From contig VFKJ01000517.1 of the NCBI GenBank assembly GCA_009885595.1, positions 1 through 35,905 of the forward strand: a DNA stretch of 35,905 nucleotides, in the 5' to 3' direction. A program made the translations under genes and the position numbers. The notes under the pieces are model-generated. The model was not told the origin of the DNA. It searched no databases and saw only the letters and a program-made list of their open reading frames with translations. Origin of the DNA: Myxococcales bacterium (lineage in GTDB: Bacteria > Myxococcota > Myxococcia > Myxococcales > Myxococcaceae). Shown here in pieces: positions 16,372 to 26,504 of the stretch. Every line of letters starts with the position of its first letter. Position 1 is the stretch's first letter.

Positions 16372-16395
16372 CTTGGGAGCGCTCGCGCCTTGGCT

Positions 16396-16719
16396 TCAGC
16401 CGACTTCGATGAGCTCGATGTCGAAGATGAGCGTGGAGTTCGGCGGGATGACGGGCGGGTACCCGCCGGCGCCGTAGCCGAGCTCGGGGGGAATGGTGAG
16501 CTTGCGGCGGCCACCGACCTTCATGCCCGCCACGCCCTGATCCCAGCCCTTGATCACCATTCCGGCGCCGAGCTGGAAGTCGAAGGGCGCGTTGCGATCG
16601 CGGCTGGAATCGAACTTCTTCCCGTTGGTGAGAGTGCCTGTGTAGTGCACGGAGACCGACTGGCCCGACTTCGCTTCTGCGCCGGTGCCGACCTGGAGCT
16701 CTTCGATTTGGAGAGGCAT
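16396..16719 (-). CDS. FKBP-type peptidyl-prolyl cis-trans isomerase
   Basis: 107 aa. Classic FKBP12-like core: VHYTGTLTNGKKFDSSRDRNAPFDFQLGAGMVIKGWDQGVAGMKVGGRRKLTIPPELGYG. Confidence 0.93.
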   Translation of the reverse strand: MPLQIEELQVGTGAEAKSGQSVSVHYTGTLTNGKKFDSSRDRNAPFDFQLGAGMVIKGWDQGVAGMKVGGRRKLTIPPELGYGAGGYPPVIPPNSTLIFDIELIEVG

Positions 16720-16739
16720 GGCCGCGCACCCTACCGAAA

Positions 16740-17861
16740 TCAGGCGGCCGACGGCAGCTCCGTAATCCCCTGCGCGAGCAAGGCGATGCCCTTGAGATCT
16801 TCGATCGCTTCCCCAAGATAGGGAGCGGCGATCGCGAACGCGGTCGACGGCACCTCGCGCTGCAGCTCGCTCAGCAGCGCCCGATCGCGCGCGACACGGG
16901 TCAGCTCGAGCTTCGCCAGCACCTTGAGCTTCTCCATACCCGAGCGCATCGGGGTCGATTGCTCGAGCGTGAGCGAGTCAGGATCGATGAAGCCGTCGGT
17001 GCGCACCCAGCTGCGATTCAAGATGAAGCCCGCGAACGGCAGCCCCATGCCGCCGATGCGATCGCGGAAGTAGCGCGCGTCGGCGAGCGCGGCCTGATCG
17101 GGGCTGGTCACCAGGAGAAACGAGGCGTCCTTCGAGGTGAGCAGGGATCGCACGCCCTCCGCATGCGCACGCATGGGGCCGAACATGCCGCCCATCGCGC
17201 CGAGGAACTCCTGGATCTCCTGGAAGAACTCGGCCCCGAACACCTTGTTGAAGACGGTGCCGATGAGCTCGGTCGCCTTCCGGAAGATGCCCCGGGTCTT
17301 CGACGGCATGAAGAGCGAGAGGATCCGCTCATCGAGGAAGCGGGCCAGCTTTCCCGGCGCCTCGAGGAAGTCGAGCGCGTTGCGGGCGGGCGGGGTGTCG
17401 AGCACCACCAGGTCGTACTTGCCGCTCTGCGACAGCTCGTAGAGCGCCTCGGCCGCGGTGTATTCCTGCATGCCCGCCACCAGCTCGGAGAGGTGGCGGA
17501 ACAGGCGGCTGTCGAGGATGCGCTGGGCCTGCTCGGGGTTGGACGCCATGCGCCGCACCAGGCTCTCGAACACCACGTCGGGGTTGAGCATCCACGCGTC
17601 GAGGGTGCCGGTGGTGACGCCCGCTTCCAGCAGGCGCTCCTTCGAGACGGAGGCGGGCTCGCGCATGTGCTGCGAGAGCCCCATCGCCTGGGCGAGGCGC
17701 TTGGCGGGATCGATGGTGAGCACCAGCACCCGGCGGCCCTGGCGCGCGGCGGCCAGCCCGATCGCCGCGGCGGTGGTGGTCTTGCCGACGCCCCCGGCGC
17801 CGCAGCAGACGATCACCTTCTTCTTCCCGATCAGCCGGCCCAGCTCGGAACTCGACGACAT
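16740..17861 (-). CDS. ArsA/Get3-family ATPase (larger paralogue, 373 aa)
   Basis: Deviant Walker A CCGAGGVGKTTTAAA followed by VLVLTIDPAKRLAQAMG. Length and layout are typical of anion-transporting-ATPase-like proteins. Confidence 0.85.
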   Translation of the reverse strand: MSSSSELGRLIGKKKVIVCCGAGGVGKTTTAAAIGLAAARQGRRVLVLTIDPAKRLAQAMGLSQHMREPASVSKERLLEAGVTTGTLDAWMLNPDVVFESLVRRMASNPEQAQRILDSRLFRHLSELVAGMQEYTAAEALYELSQSGKYDLVVLDTPPARNALDFLEAPGKLARFLDERILSLFMPSKTRGIFRKATELIGTVFNKVFGAEFFQEIQEFLGAMGGMFGPMRAHAEGVRSLLTSKDASFLLVTSPDQAALADARYFRDRIGGMGLPFAGFILNRSWVRTDGFIDPDSLTLEQSTPMRSGMEKLKVLAKLELTRVARDRALLSELQREVPSTAFAIAAPYLGEAIEDLKGIALLAQGITELPSAA

Positions 17862-17968
17862 GAGCCGCTGAGCTTAGCCACAAGGTGACACCTCCAGTGC
17901 ACAACGGGTTGGGGTCTGGGCGCTCCAACTGCAACCTGTTTCGACTGGAGTTCCAGGTGGTTGGCCGA

Positions 17969-17984
17969 CGGCACCTACCTTGCT
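17969..17984 (+). promoter_or_regulatory. Candidate sigma54 (-24/-12) promoter
   Basis: cGGCAC-CTACC-TTGCt has the correct 5-nt spacing against the consensus TGGCAC-N5-TTGCW. The -12 GC lies only about 14 nt before the ATG at 17997, which would imply a nearly leaderless mRNA. That weakens the call. Confidence 0.25.
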
Positions 17985-17996
17985 CACACCAACTCC

Positions 17997-20192
17997 ATGC
18001 GCGCCTCCGTGGTCCTCGGCTCTCTGTTCGTCCTCGGCTGTCAGGGGCAGGTCGGAGCGCTGGGCGAGATGGGTGACCGCGACGCCCCGGTGGCCACCAT
18101 CCGCGATCGGAGCGGCCCCGAGGTCGTCGCCTTCACCTGCACCGCCAGCACGGTGGCCACGCGGCAGACCTTCAGCTGCACCGCCCAGGCGACGCACCCG
18201 ACGAACGAGGCGCTGCGCTGCAGTCTCGAGCTGGGCGACGGCCGCGACGCGCTCTCCCTGGGCGACTGTTCGACGGCCGTGACGACGCAGCTGCGGTACT
18301 CGAGCCCCGGCAACCTGCGCGTCACCCTCAATGTGCTCGATCAGCAGGATCGGCTGTCTTCCCGCACCCTGCCGGTGCAGGTGACGGGGTTGCCGAACCA
18401 GCCGCCCGAGATCGTGGGGCTCACGGCTTCGCAGACGTCGGGCGTGGCGCCCCTCGATACGACGCTCAGCTGGAGCTCGACCGATCCCGAAGGAGACCCG
18501 GTGTCCTGCGCGCTCGACATCGGCGCCGACGGCACCATCGAGCAGCCGCAAGTCAGCTGCGCCACCTGGCCGCTCGAGCTGCGCACGGTGGGCACGATCG
18601 CGGTGAAGGTGATCGCGACCGACAGCGGCGGGCTCACCAGCGATCGCATCGTGACGCTCACGGTGGCGCCCCCGACGAAGGACGTGCGGATCGAGGCGGT
18701 GGAGTTCGGCCAGACGGTGATGAAGGCGAACCTGAAGCTGGTCCAGGACAAGCCCGCGCTGCTGCGCGTGACCGTGCTCGCGAACGAGCCTGGACTTTCC
18801 ACGGTCGTCGAGGTCGAGGCGAAGCAGGGCGCGACGGTGCTGGGCACCCAGCGGCTGACCGGGCCGGCGATCCTTCCCCAGGTGGCGACGCCGGCGGATC
18901 TCTCCAGGTCGTTCCGCTTCCCGATGCCGCGCACGTGGCTGGTTCCCGGGCTGTCGCTGACCGTCAAGGTGGATCCGACGGACGCGCTGATGGAGGCCGA
19001 TGAGTCGAACAACACGCAGGTGGTGACGCCGACGATGGCGCGCGACAACGTGCTGCACCTCACTGGAGTACCGGTGGTGATCGGCACACAGACCGCGAAC
19101 TCCATCGATCTCGACGACGCCGTCACCAGCGTCTGGCCAGTGAAGTCGGTCGATCAGAAGACGCGCGCGCCCTACACTTTCACCGGCACCCTCAGCGGCG
19201 GCGATGTCTCGGGTTGGTCGCAGCTGCTCGGACAGATTGCCCAGGTGGCCGGCGCCGATGGCAGCAGCCGCGCGTACTACGGCTTCGTGCCTGGCGGCAG
19301 CGGCGGCATCGCCGGCCTGGGCTACCTCGGGCAGCACGTGGCGATCGGCCTCGACTCCTACGGCCACGTCGCGCCGCACGAGCTGGGCCACAACTTCGGC
19401 ATCAACCACGCGCCTTGCGGTGGCGCGGCCGGGGCCGACTCGAACTACCCGTACCCGAACGCGCAGATCGGCTCGTGGGGCTTCAACGGCGCGCAGCTGC
19501 TGGCGCCCACCCAGTACGTCGACCTGATGAGCTACTGCCAGTCGGCCTGGGTCAGCGACTACAACTACGCCAAGGCGCAGCAGCACATGGAGAACAGCGG
19601 GACGTTCGATCCCGACGCGGTGCTGCCGGCGATCGTCGCGGCAGACACGGTGCTCGTCTCAGGGCGCATCACGGAGAAGGGCGCCGTGCTCTCGCCCGTG
19701 TACCGGCTGCACGGGTCTCCCACCGCGACCGAGGTGGATTCCGACACGCGGCTGCTGATCACCACCGTGGAGGGGCGGCAGTTCGAGGTGCCGGTGACCC
19801 TGATGCAGCCGGCCGAGGGTGAGGAGCTGCACTTCTTCGCGGTGATCCCGTGGCCGGGTGAGCTGGCGCGGCTGTCAGTCGCGCGCGGGGGAATGGTGCT
19901 GGCGTCGCGCGAGGCGATGCCGATGGCTGCTTCCGAGGTCAGCGTGCGGCGCGTGTCGGCGAACAGCATTCAGGTCGCGTGGTCGGGAGGGGCCACGGCG
20001 ACCGTCGCGCATCTCGGCGCGGAGCGGACGACGCTCACCATCGGTGCGGCCGGGGGCAGCGTGCTGTTGCGCACCGATGGGCTGGACGGGGGCGAGTACG
20101 AAGTGAGCTTGTCGAACGGGCTCAGCACTTCGCGGAAGACGTTCCCTCTCCCTGCGGGAGAGGGTCAGGGTGAGGGGCTGGGGGCGGAGTAA
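17997..20192 (+). CDS. Secreted lipoprotein with PKD-like domains and a metzincin-type Zn-metalloprotease domain (possibly M66-like)
   Basis: Lipoprotein signal MRASVVLGSLFVLGC. PKD-like motif GVAPLDTTLSWSSTDPEGDP. Zinc motif HELGHNFGINH (HExxHxxGxxH) preceded by a Gly-rich stretch. The last 16 codons are encoded by REP-like element copy B. Confidence 0.8.
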   Translation: MRASVVLGSLFVLGCQGQVGALGEMGDRDAPVATIRDRSGPEVVAFTCTASTVATRQTFSCTAQATHPTNEALRCSLELGDGRDALSLGDCSTAVTTQLRYSSPGNLRVTLNVLDQQDRLSSRTLPVQVTGLPNQPPEIVGLTASQTSGVAPLDTTLSWSSTDPEGDPVSCALDIGADGTIEQPQVSCATWPLELRTVGTIAVKVIATDSGGLTSDRIVTLTVAPPTKDVRIEAVEFGQTVMKANLKLVQDKPALLRVTVLANEPGLSTVVEVEAKQGATVLGTQRLTGPAILPQVATPADLSRSFRFPMPRTWLVPGLSLTVKVDPTDALMEADESNNTQVVTPTMARDNVLHLTGVPVVIGTQTANSIDLDDAVTSVWPVKSVDQKTRAPYTFTGTLSGGDVSGWSQLLGQIAQVAGADGSSRAYYGFVPGGSGGIAGLGYLGQHVAIGLDSYGHVAPHELGHNFGINHAPCGGAAGADSNYPYPNAQIGSWGFNGAQLLAPTQYVDLMSYCQSAWVSDYNYAKAQQHMENSGTFDPDAVLPAIVAADTVLVSGRITEKGAVLSPVYRLHGSPTATEVDSDTRLLITTVEGRQFEVPVTLMQPAEGEELHFFAVIPWPGELARLSVARGGMVLASREAMPMAASEVSVRRVSANSIQVAWSGGATATVAHLGAERTTLTIGAAGGSVLLRTDGLDGGEYEVSLSNGLSTSRKTFPLPAGEGQGEGLGAE
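20144..20180 (-). repeat. REP-like C-rich palindromic element, copy B (inverted orientation)
   Basis: CCCTCTCCCTGCGGGAGAGGGTCAGGGTGAGGGGCTG. Its reverse complement aligns with copy A (CAGCCCCTCACCCTGACCCTCTCCC...). The palindrome is at 20144-20164. It lies at the convergent junction of the metalloprotease gene and the ArsA-like gene. Confidence 0.8.
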
Positions 20193-20198
20193 GCAGGG

Positions 20199-21098
20199 TT
20201 AGAGGAGCTTCGCCAGGTTCCGAGAAGCCTCGGCGCCCACGCCGTCGACCTCGGCGAGCACCACTGATCCCTGGGGCCGCTTCTCCTTCAGCAACTCCAG
20301 GGCCGAGCGCGCGCGATCGATGCGCTTCATCTCGCGCGCCCCAAACACCGCCGCCGGGAGCGCCTGCCCGAGCGCCTCGCGTTCCTCGATCGAGAAGGGA
20401 TCCAGCGGCACCCGGTTCACCACGATCGCCGACACCGGCAGCTTGTGTTTCGTCAGGCCCTTCTCCAGCTCCATCGCCTCGGTGACAGGCAGGGTCTCGG
20501 GCAGGGTGACGATCACGCAGGCGGTGATCGCCGGGTCGGTGAGGAAGGTGACGCCCTCGTGCGCCGCCCGGTAGATCGGCCCCCCGGGGATGACCCGGGT
20601 GAGGAACTCGGGGATCTGCGCGAGCGCGAGCGCGTGCCCCGTCGCCGGCGAATCGATGATGCACACGTCGAACATCGGCCCGCCGCCGGGGTGCTTGCGC
20701 TTGGCGAGATCGAGCATCCGGTACATCACGCCCATGTCGGAGAAGCCGGGCGCCGCGGAGAGGAACTTCTTGAGCCCCTGGCTGCGCATCGCGGTGTCGG
20801 CGAGCAGCTTCAAGGGCAGCGCGTCCTGCAGGAAGCGCAGGTGACCCATGGTGGGCGTGAGCAACGCCACCCAGAGATTCTCACTGACCAGCAGCGGCTC
20901 TTCGGTGGGCCTGGGGCCGCCGAGCGCCACGTAGATCTGCGAGGGGGTGTCCGCGTTCGGGACGATCTCCGCCAGCAGCACCCGCTTGCCCCGCGCGCTG
21001 AAGCCGCGGCCGAGCGCAGCGGTCAACGTCGTCTTCCCCACGCCCCCCTTGCCGGTGACGATGATGCAGCGGCGTTGCACGAGATCGAGGAGAGACAT
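20199..21098 (-). CDS. ArsA/Get3-family ATPase (smaller paralogue, 299 aa)
   Basis: Walker [26 protein letters not shown] matches the ArsA-family D-x-APTGHT switch. ATG at 21098 ([14 protein letters not shown]). The track ORF extends upstream to 21182. Confidence 0.82.
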   Translation of the reverse strand: MSLLDLVQRRCIIVTGKGGVGKTTLTAALGRGFSARGKRVLLAEIVPNADTPSQIYVALGGPRPTEEPLLVSENLWVALLTPTMGHLRFLQDALPLKLLADTAMRSQGLKKFLSAAPGFSDMGVMYRMLDLAKRKHPGGGPMFDVCIIDSPATGHALALAQIPEFLTRVIPGGPIYRAAHEGVTFLTDPAITACVIVTLPETLPVTEAMELEKGLTKHKLPVSAIVVNRVPLDPFSIEEREALGQALPAAVFGAREMKRIDRARSALELLKEKRPQGSVVLAEVDGVGAEASRNLAKLL

Positions 21099-21259
21099 CA
21101 GCCGCGGCGACGCTAACACCGAGTGCCGCGCCTCAGCGTTCACCGAAAATCGGCCGCAGCACCTCCACGGCGCTTGCAACACCCGCGCGCTGGCCTTCTG
21201 CCAGGGGCCTTGAGCGTCTGTGCTGGCGCGCGCGCCGCCGGCCGCTACATTCCCATTGC

Positions 21260-22348
21260 ATGCGCGCCATCAACTTCAGCGCAGGACCCGCCGGCCTGCC
21301 GCTCCCCGCCCTCGAGAAGGCCCGTGACGAACTGCTCGACTTCGCCGGCACCGGCATGTCGATCATGGAGCAGTCTCACCGCGACAAGCCGTACGAGTCA
21401 GTCCATCGCGACGCGACCGAGCGGCTGCACAAGCTCCTGGGCATTCCCGACACGCACACGGTGCTCTGGCTCACCGGCGGCGCCTCGACGCAGTTCGCGC
21501 TGGTGCCGATGAACTTCCTGCCCGCCGGCAAGAGCGCCGACTACGTGATGACCGGCGTGTGGAGCGAGAAGGCGCTCGACGAAGCGAAGCTGCTGGGCAC
21601 GCCGCGCATCGCCGCCACCACCCGCGGCCCCGACGGCAAGTACGTGCGGGTGCCGACCCAGGCCGAGGTGCAGCTCGACCCCAACGCTGCGTACGTGCAC
21701 TCGACCTCGAACAACACCATCTACGGCACCCAGTTCCACACCATGCTCGACACCGGCAAGGTGCCGCACGTCTGCGACATGAGCTCGGACTTCATGTGGC
21801 GGCCGCTCGACGTCGGAAAGTTCGACTTCATCTACGCGGGCGCGCAGAAGAACCTGGGGCCCTCGGGCGTGCTGGTGGCGATCGCGCGCAAGGAGTTCCT
21901 CCAGTCCGCCCGCAAGGACATCCCGAAGATCTTCCGCTACCAGACGCACGCCGAGGCCGACTCGCTCTACAACACGCCTCCCACGCTCGCGATCTACCTG
22001 GTGCGCAACGTGCTCGAGTGGATGGAGGGGCAGGGCGGCCTCCCGGGGATGGAGAAGCGCAACCGCACGAAGGCCGAGCTGCTCTACGGCACGCTCGATC
22101 GCCTCAGCGGCTTCTACGTGGCGCCGGTGGAGAAGGCCTCGCGCTCGGTGATGAACATCGTCTTCCGCACCCCGTCCGAGGCGCTCGACGCCGAGTTCGT
22201 CACCTCGGCCAGGAAGGAGAACATGATTGGGCTCAAGGGCCACAGGACGGCGGGTGGTATTCGCGTCTCTGCCTACAACGCAGTGTCGGTTCAGGACATC
22301 GAGGTGCTCGTGTCCTTCATGGAGCAATTCGCGAAGTCCCACGGTTGA
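21260..22348 (+). CDS. serC: Phosphoserine aminotransferase
   Basis: Typical SerC sequence: [21 protein letters not shown]...[11 protein letters not shown]...GGASTQF...[12 protein letters not shown]...NTPP...[15 protein letters not shown]. Confidence 0.95.
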   Translation: MRAINFSAGPAGLPLPALEKARDELLDFAGTGMSIMEQSHRDKPYESVHRDATERLHKLLGIPDTHTVLWLTGGASTQFALVPMNFLPAGKSADYVMTGVWSEKALDEAKLLGTPRIAATTRGPDGKYVRVPTQAEVQLDPNAAYVHSTSNNTIYGTQFHTMLDTGKVPHVCDMSSDFMWRPLDVGKFDFIYAGAQKNLGPSGVLVAIARKEFLQSARKDIPKIFRYQTHAEADSLYNTPPTLAIYLVRNVLEWMEGQGGLPGMEKRNRTKAELLYGTLDRLSGFYVAPVEKASRSVMNIVFRTPSEALDAEFVTSARKENMIGLKGHRTAGGIRVSAYNAVSVQDIEVLVSFMEQFAKSHG

Positions 22349-22366
22349 TCACCCGGAGTCTCCCAC

Positions 22367-22912
22367 ATGAAACCTCTCCTCCTCGTTGCCGCTCTCTTCG
22401 CCGCGCCCGTGTTCGCCGCCGAGCTCGAAGGCGTGAAGGTGCCCGACACCGTCACCGTCGGCGACAAGACCCTCAAGCTCAACGGCCAGGGCCTGCGCAT
22501 GAAGTTCGTCTTCAAGGTGTACGTGGCCACGCTCTACCTCGAGCAGCCCTCCAGCAACTCTGCCGACATCATCAAGACCGACCAGGCGCGTCGGGTGGAG
22601 ATGGCGATGCTGCGCGATCTCGACAAGAAGCAGATCAACGACGCCATCAAGGAAGGCTTCGAGAAGAACTCCGGGCCCAGCATGCCCGCCCTGCAGGAGC
22701 GCCTGAACAAGTTCACCGAGAAGGTCACCGACGTGAAGAAGGGCGCCACCCTGATCATTCAGTACGTGCCGGGCAAGGGCACCAGCATCGAGGGCGGCAA
22801 GGACTCCTACGTCGCCGAGGGCAAGGACTTCGCCGACGCGCTCTTCTCCGTCTGGCTGGGGGCCAAGCCCGTCGACGACGGGCTGAAGAAGGGGATGCTC
22901 GGGGGCAAGTGA
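22367..22912 (+). CDS. Secreted chalcone-isomerase-like family protein
   Basis: Signal peptide MKPLLLVAALFAAPVFA. LKLNGQGLRMKFVFKVYVATLYLEQP matches the bacterial chalcone-isomerase-like domain pattern. GGAG lies upstream of the ATG. Confidence 0.75.
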   Translation: MKPLLLVAALFAAPVFAAELEGVKVPDTVTVGDKTLKLNGQGLRMKFVFKVYVATLYLEQPSSNSADIIKTDQARRVEMAMLRDLDKKQINDAIKEGFEKNSGPSMPALQERLNKFTEKVTDVKKGATLIIQYVPGKGTSIEGGKDSYVAEGKDFADALFSVWLGAKPVDDGLKKGMLGGK

Positions 22913-22981
22913 AGGTAAGGAGCTCTTGAGCTGCGCTGGGCTACGGAAGTCACTGAAAAGAGAGCGGAAAACGCCGACGAG

Positions 22982-23011
22982 TTGATTTTGGTCAAACAGC
23001 CAAGCTAATTT
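22982..23011 (+). promoter_or_regulatory. Candidate sigma70-type promoter giving a leaderless tetR transcript, with two direct-repeat operator-like boxes
   Basis: TTGATT (22982-22987), an 18-nt spacer, then TAATTT (23006-23011). The ATG at 23018 is 7 nt after the -10 box. TTTGGTCAAA (22987-22996) and TTTGGTCGAA (23009-23018) are spaced 22 bp apart. This is a locally AT-rich patch. Confidence 0.3.
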
Positions 23012-23017
23012 GGTCGA

Positions 23018-23707
23018 ATGGCCAAGACCGAGCTGGCAACGCGTCGCCCTGCGGCTGCGCCAGCGCCTGCGGATACGGATGAGAAGGTGCTCCTCGCCGC
23101 GGGGAAGTTGTTCCGCGAGAAGGGCTTCGCGGCGACCACGGTGCGGGAGATCGCGGCGGCGGCGCAGATGCTGCCGGGCAGCCTGCACTACCGCTACGCC
23201 AGCAAGGACGACATCCTGGTGGCGTTGATGAGGCGCGGGGTCGAGCGCGCCATCCGCGCCGTGGAGCTGGCGACCGCGGGCGAGCCCAGCGCGATCGAGC
23301 GGCTGCGCCTGGGCTTGCGCGCGCACCTCGAGCTGCTCTGCAACGGCGACGACTCGCTCTACGTGTTGCTGTTCGACTGGCGCTCGCTCACCTCGGGCGC
23401 GCTCTCGGGCGTGATCCGCGAGCGGGAGCGGCTCGAGGCGTTCTGGGAAGGCCTGTTGGTCGAGGCGCACGGCTCGGGCGTCGCACGGCCGCTGCTCGAC
23501 ATCGAGCTGGTGCGGCACTTCGGCTTCGGCGCGATCAACTGGGTGGCCACCTGGTACCGCGAAGGCGACGGCCGCACCCCCGCGCAGATCGCGGACGCCT
23601 TCTGGAGCTTCCTCGCGTTCGGCCTGCTCCACGAGAGCGCGCGGCCGCCCGATCTCGACACCCACTTCGCCGCGCTCCTCGCCGCGAGCTTCAAGAAGGG
23701 CAGCTGA
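23018..23707 (+). CDS. TetR/AcrR-family transcriptional regulator
   Basis: N-terminal TetR HTH: LLAAGKLFREKGFAATTVREIAAAAQMLPGSLHYRYASKDDIL. Confidence 0.9.
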   Translation: MAKTELATRRPAAAPAPADTDEKVLLAAGKLFREKGFAATTVREIAAAAQMLPGSLHYRYASKDDILVALMRRGVERAIRAVELATAGEPSAIERLRLGLRAHLELLCNGDDSLYVLLFDWRSLTSGALSGVIRERERLEAFWEGLLVEAHGSGVARPLLDIELVRHFGFGAINWVATWYREGDGRTPAQIADAFWSFLAFGLLHESARPPDLDTHFAALLAASFKKGS

Positions 23708-23710
23708 AAC

Positions 23711-24859
<1,149 letters not shown>

Positions 24860-24866
24860 GGATCTA

Positions 24867-24905
24867 CCCCTCTCCCCGACCCTCTCCCCCGCGGGGGAGA
24901 GGGAG
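24867..24905 (+). repeat. REP-like C-rich palindromic element, copy C
   Basis: CCCCTCTCCCCGACCCTCTCCCCCGCGGGGGAGAGGGAG. A perfect 24-nt palindrome sits at 24880-24903. It fills the gap between the convergent di-iron oxygenase and SRPBCC genes. Confidence 0.8.
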
Positions 24906-24906
24906 G

Positions 24907-25428
24907 TCATTTCTTCAGGTACTTCTCCACGCCCTTCGCCACGGCCACCAGGTTCGGCTTGATCGCAGCCACCAGGAACGCCTCGATCGCCGGCCCCACC
25001 GTGCCGGCGAGAATGCGCGGTACGCCCTTCACCTTCGCGGCGTCGACCTTCAGCTCACCCTTGATGGTGAGCGTGGTCACCCCCGGGGTCCGCTCCACGA
25101 AGGTGTTGTGCCCGCGCGCGTCGACCGCGTCCTTGAACGAGGGCACCACCGTCTGCCACTGGCAGGTGAAGTCCGCCGCGTTCCAGGTGGCGAGGTCGTC
25201 CCACTGCAGGAGCTCTTCCGAGAGGAACTTCCGCACCACGGAGGGGATCTCGCCGCCGCCCTTCCACAGGTTGACGAACTTGACGATCGAGCCCTCGTCG
25301 ACGCGCGAGGTGACCGTGATCGATCGCACGTTGGCCAGGTAGGGCACCAGCTCGGGCAACTTGTCGCGGTAGGTGGCGAAGACGAGGTCGCGGGGGAAGG
25401 CGATGTCTGCAGTGGTCTCGATTTTCAT
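24907..25428 (-). CDS. SRPBCC (START/polyketide-cyclase-like) superfamily protein
   Basis: 173 aa. MKIETTADIAFPRDLVFATYRDKLPELVPYLANV is typical of SRPBCC N-termini. Its ATG overlaps the upstream gene's stop (ATGA at 25425-25428). Confidence 0.65.
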   Translation of the reverse strand: MKIETTADIAFPRDLVFATYRDKLPELVPYLANVRSITVTSRVDEGSIVKFVNLWKGGGEIPSVVRKFLSEELLQWDDLATWNAADFTCQWQTVVPSFKDAVDARGHNTFVERTPGVTTLTIKGELKVDAAKVKGVPRILAGTVGPAIEAFLVAAIKPNLVAVAKGVEKYLKK

Positions 25429-26477
25429 TTGGCAGTGCTCGGCAGGTGAGCGCCCACGTCGGGCGGCGTGAAGGAGAAGGTGGGCCACAGGCCCGGCGAC
25501 AAGAACGACTGCGTCAGCTCGCTCGAGGGCGCGAAGGCGGGGAAGGTCGGATCGCGCTTGCAGGGACCCGCGACGGTCTTCTCCACGATCATCGACGAGT
25601 ACTGATCGAGCGAGTCCTCGCGGGTGTTGCCGTTGAGCACCACCTCGAAGCCCATCTGATCAGCGAAGGCCTTGAGGCCCGGGATCTTCGACTGCAGGGG
25701 CGCGTAGCTCTCGGGCGCCACCCCGTTCTCGCTCACCACGAACGGCCCCTCGGGCGTCACCACGCACAACGACATGTTTCCGCGCGTGTGGCCCCGGGTG
25801 TCGAGGATCGCCAGGCCCTGGCCGAGCTGCACGTCTCCGTCCAGCAGCACCACCCTCGACTCGGGAATGTCGCAGCCGTGCGGCACGTACCAGACCTGGT
25901 TCATCGGGTGCAGGTCCTTCACCTCGTCCCACTCCGCGCGCATCACCAGCAGCCTGGCGTTGGGGAAGAAGGGCGACTCACCCAGCCACTTCCGCAGCTC
26001 CTGCACGTGCAGGTGATCGAACGCGAGGTAGTCGACGTCGGCCGGCTTGAGCCCTGCGCGCGCCAGGTGCTGCTCGGCCGTGCCGAAGTAACTCGGGATC
26101 ACCTTGCGCGAGAGGAACTCACCGAACGTCGCCGAGAGGTCCGCGTAGAACGTCGCCGCGCGCCCACCATCGACGTCGGTGGGGTTGAAGAGCAGCGTCT
26201 TCCGGCGCCCCTCGTGCTGGAACTGAATGATCTGCATCCGGTTCGTCATCATCACGAACGGCGCAGGCGAGAGCCCACCGCCGTTGAACGCGTAGCGGGT
26301 GGGGTAGGGGAAGGTGACGAGCTTGTGGGTGGTGCAGGAGAGCACCGGGCCGCCGTCGATCAGTTGCTCGCGGGTCGCCAGGGCGGCGCGACGCAGCTTG
26401 CGAAGGCGCTCGGCCGCGCCGGACTCAGTCCAGGCTTCGCGGAGCCCACCAGGTAATGGTTGGAATTGATCAGGCAT
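25425..26477 (-). CDS. Metallo-beta-lactamase-fold protein with a degenerate HxHxDH motif; function unknown
   Basis: 350 aa with high GC3. LAFDHLHVQ sits where HxHxDH would be expected. TRGHTRGN resembles the conserved TPGHTPG motif. Confidence 0.55.
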   Translation of the reverse strand: MPDQFQPLPGGLREAWTESGAAERLRKLRRAALATREQLIDGGPVLSCTTHKLVTFPYPTRYAFNGGGLSPAPFVMMTNRMQIIQFQHEGRRKTLLFNPTDVDGGRAATFYADLSATFGEFLSRKVIPSYFGTAEQHLARAGLKPADVDYLAFDHLHVQELRKWLGESPFFPNARLLVMRAEWDEVKDLHPMNQVWYVPHGCDIPESRVVLLDGDVQLGQGLAILDTRGHTRGNMSLCVVTPEGPFVVSENGVAPESYAPLQSKIPGLKAFADQMGFEVVLNGNTREDSLDQYSSMIVEKTVAGPCKRDPTFPAFAPSSELTQSFLSPGLWPTFSFTPPDVGAHLPSTAK

Positions 26478-26504
26478 GGTCAGCCCTCTCCGGGGAGACA
26501 GAAA

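Noticed and set aside
17874-19586. 570-aa minus-strand ORF antisense to the PKD-metalloprotease gene
   Set aside because: It is an Arg/Ala/Gly/His-rich shadow ORF. The plus strand carries the PKD and HExxH motifs.
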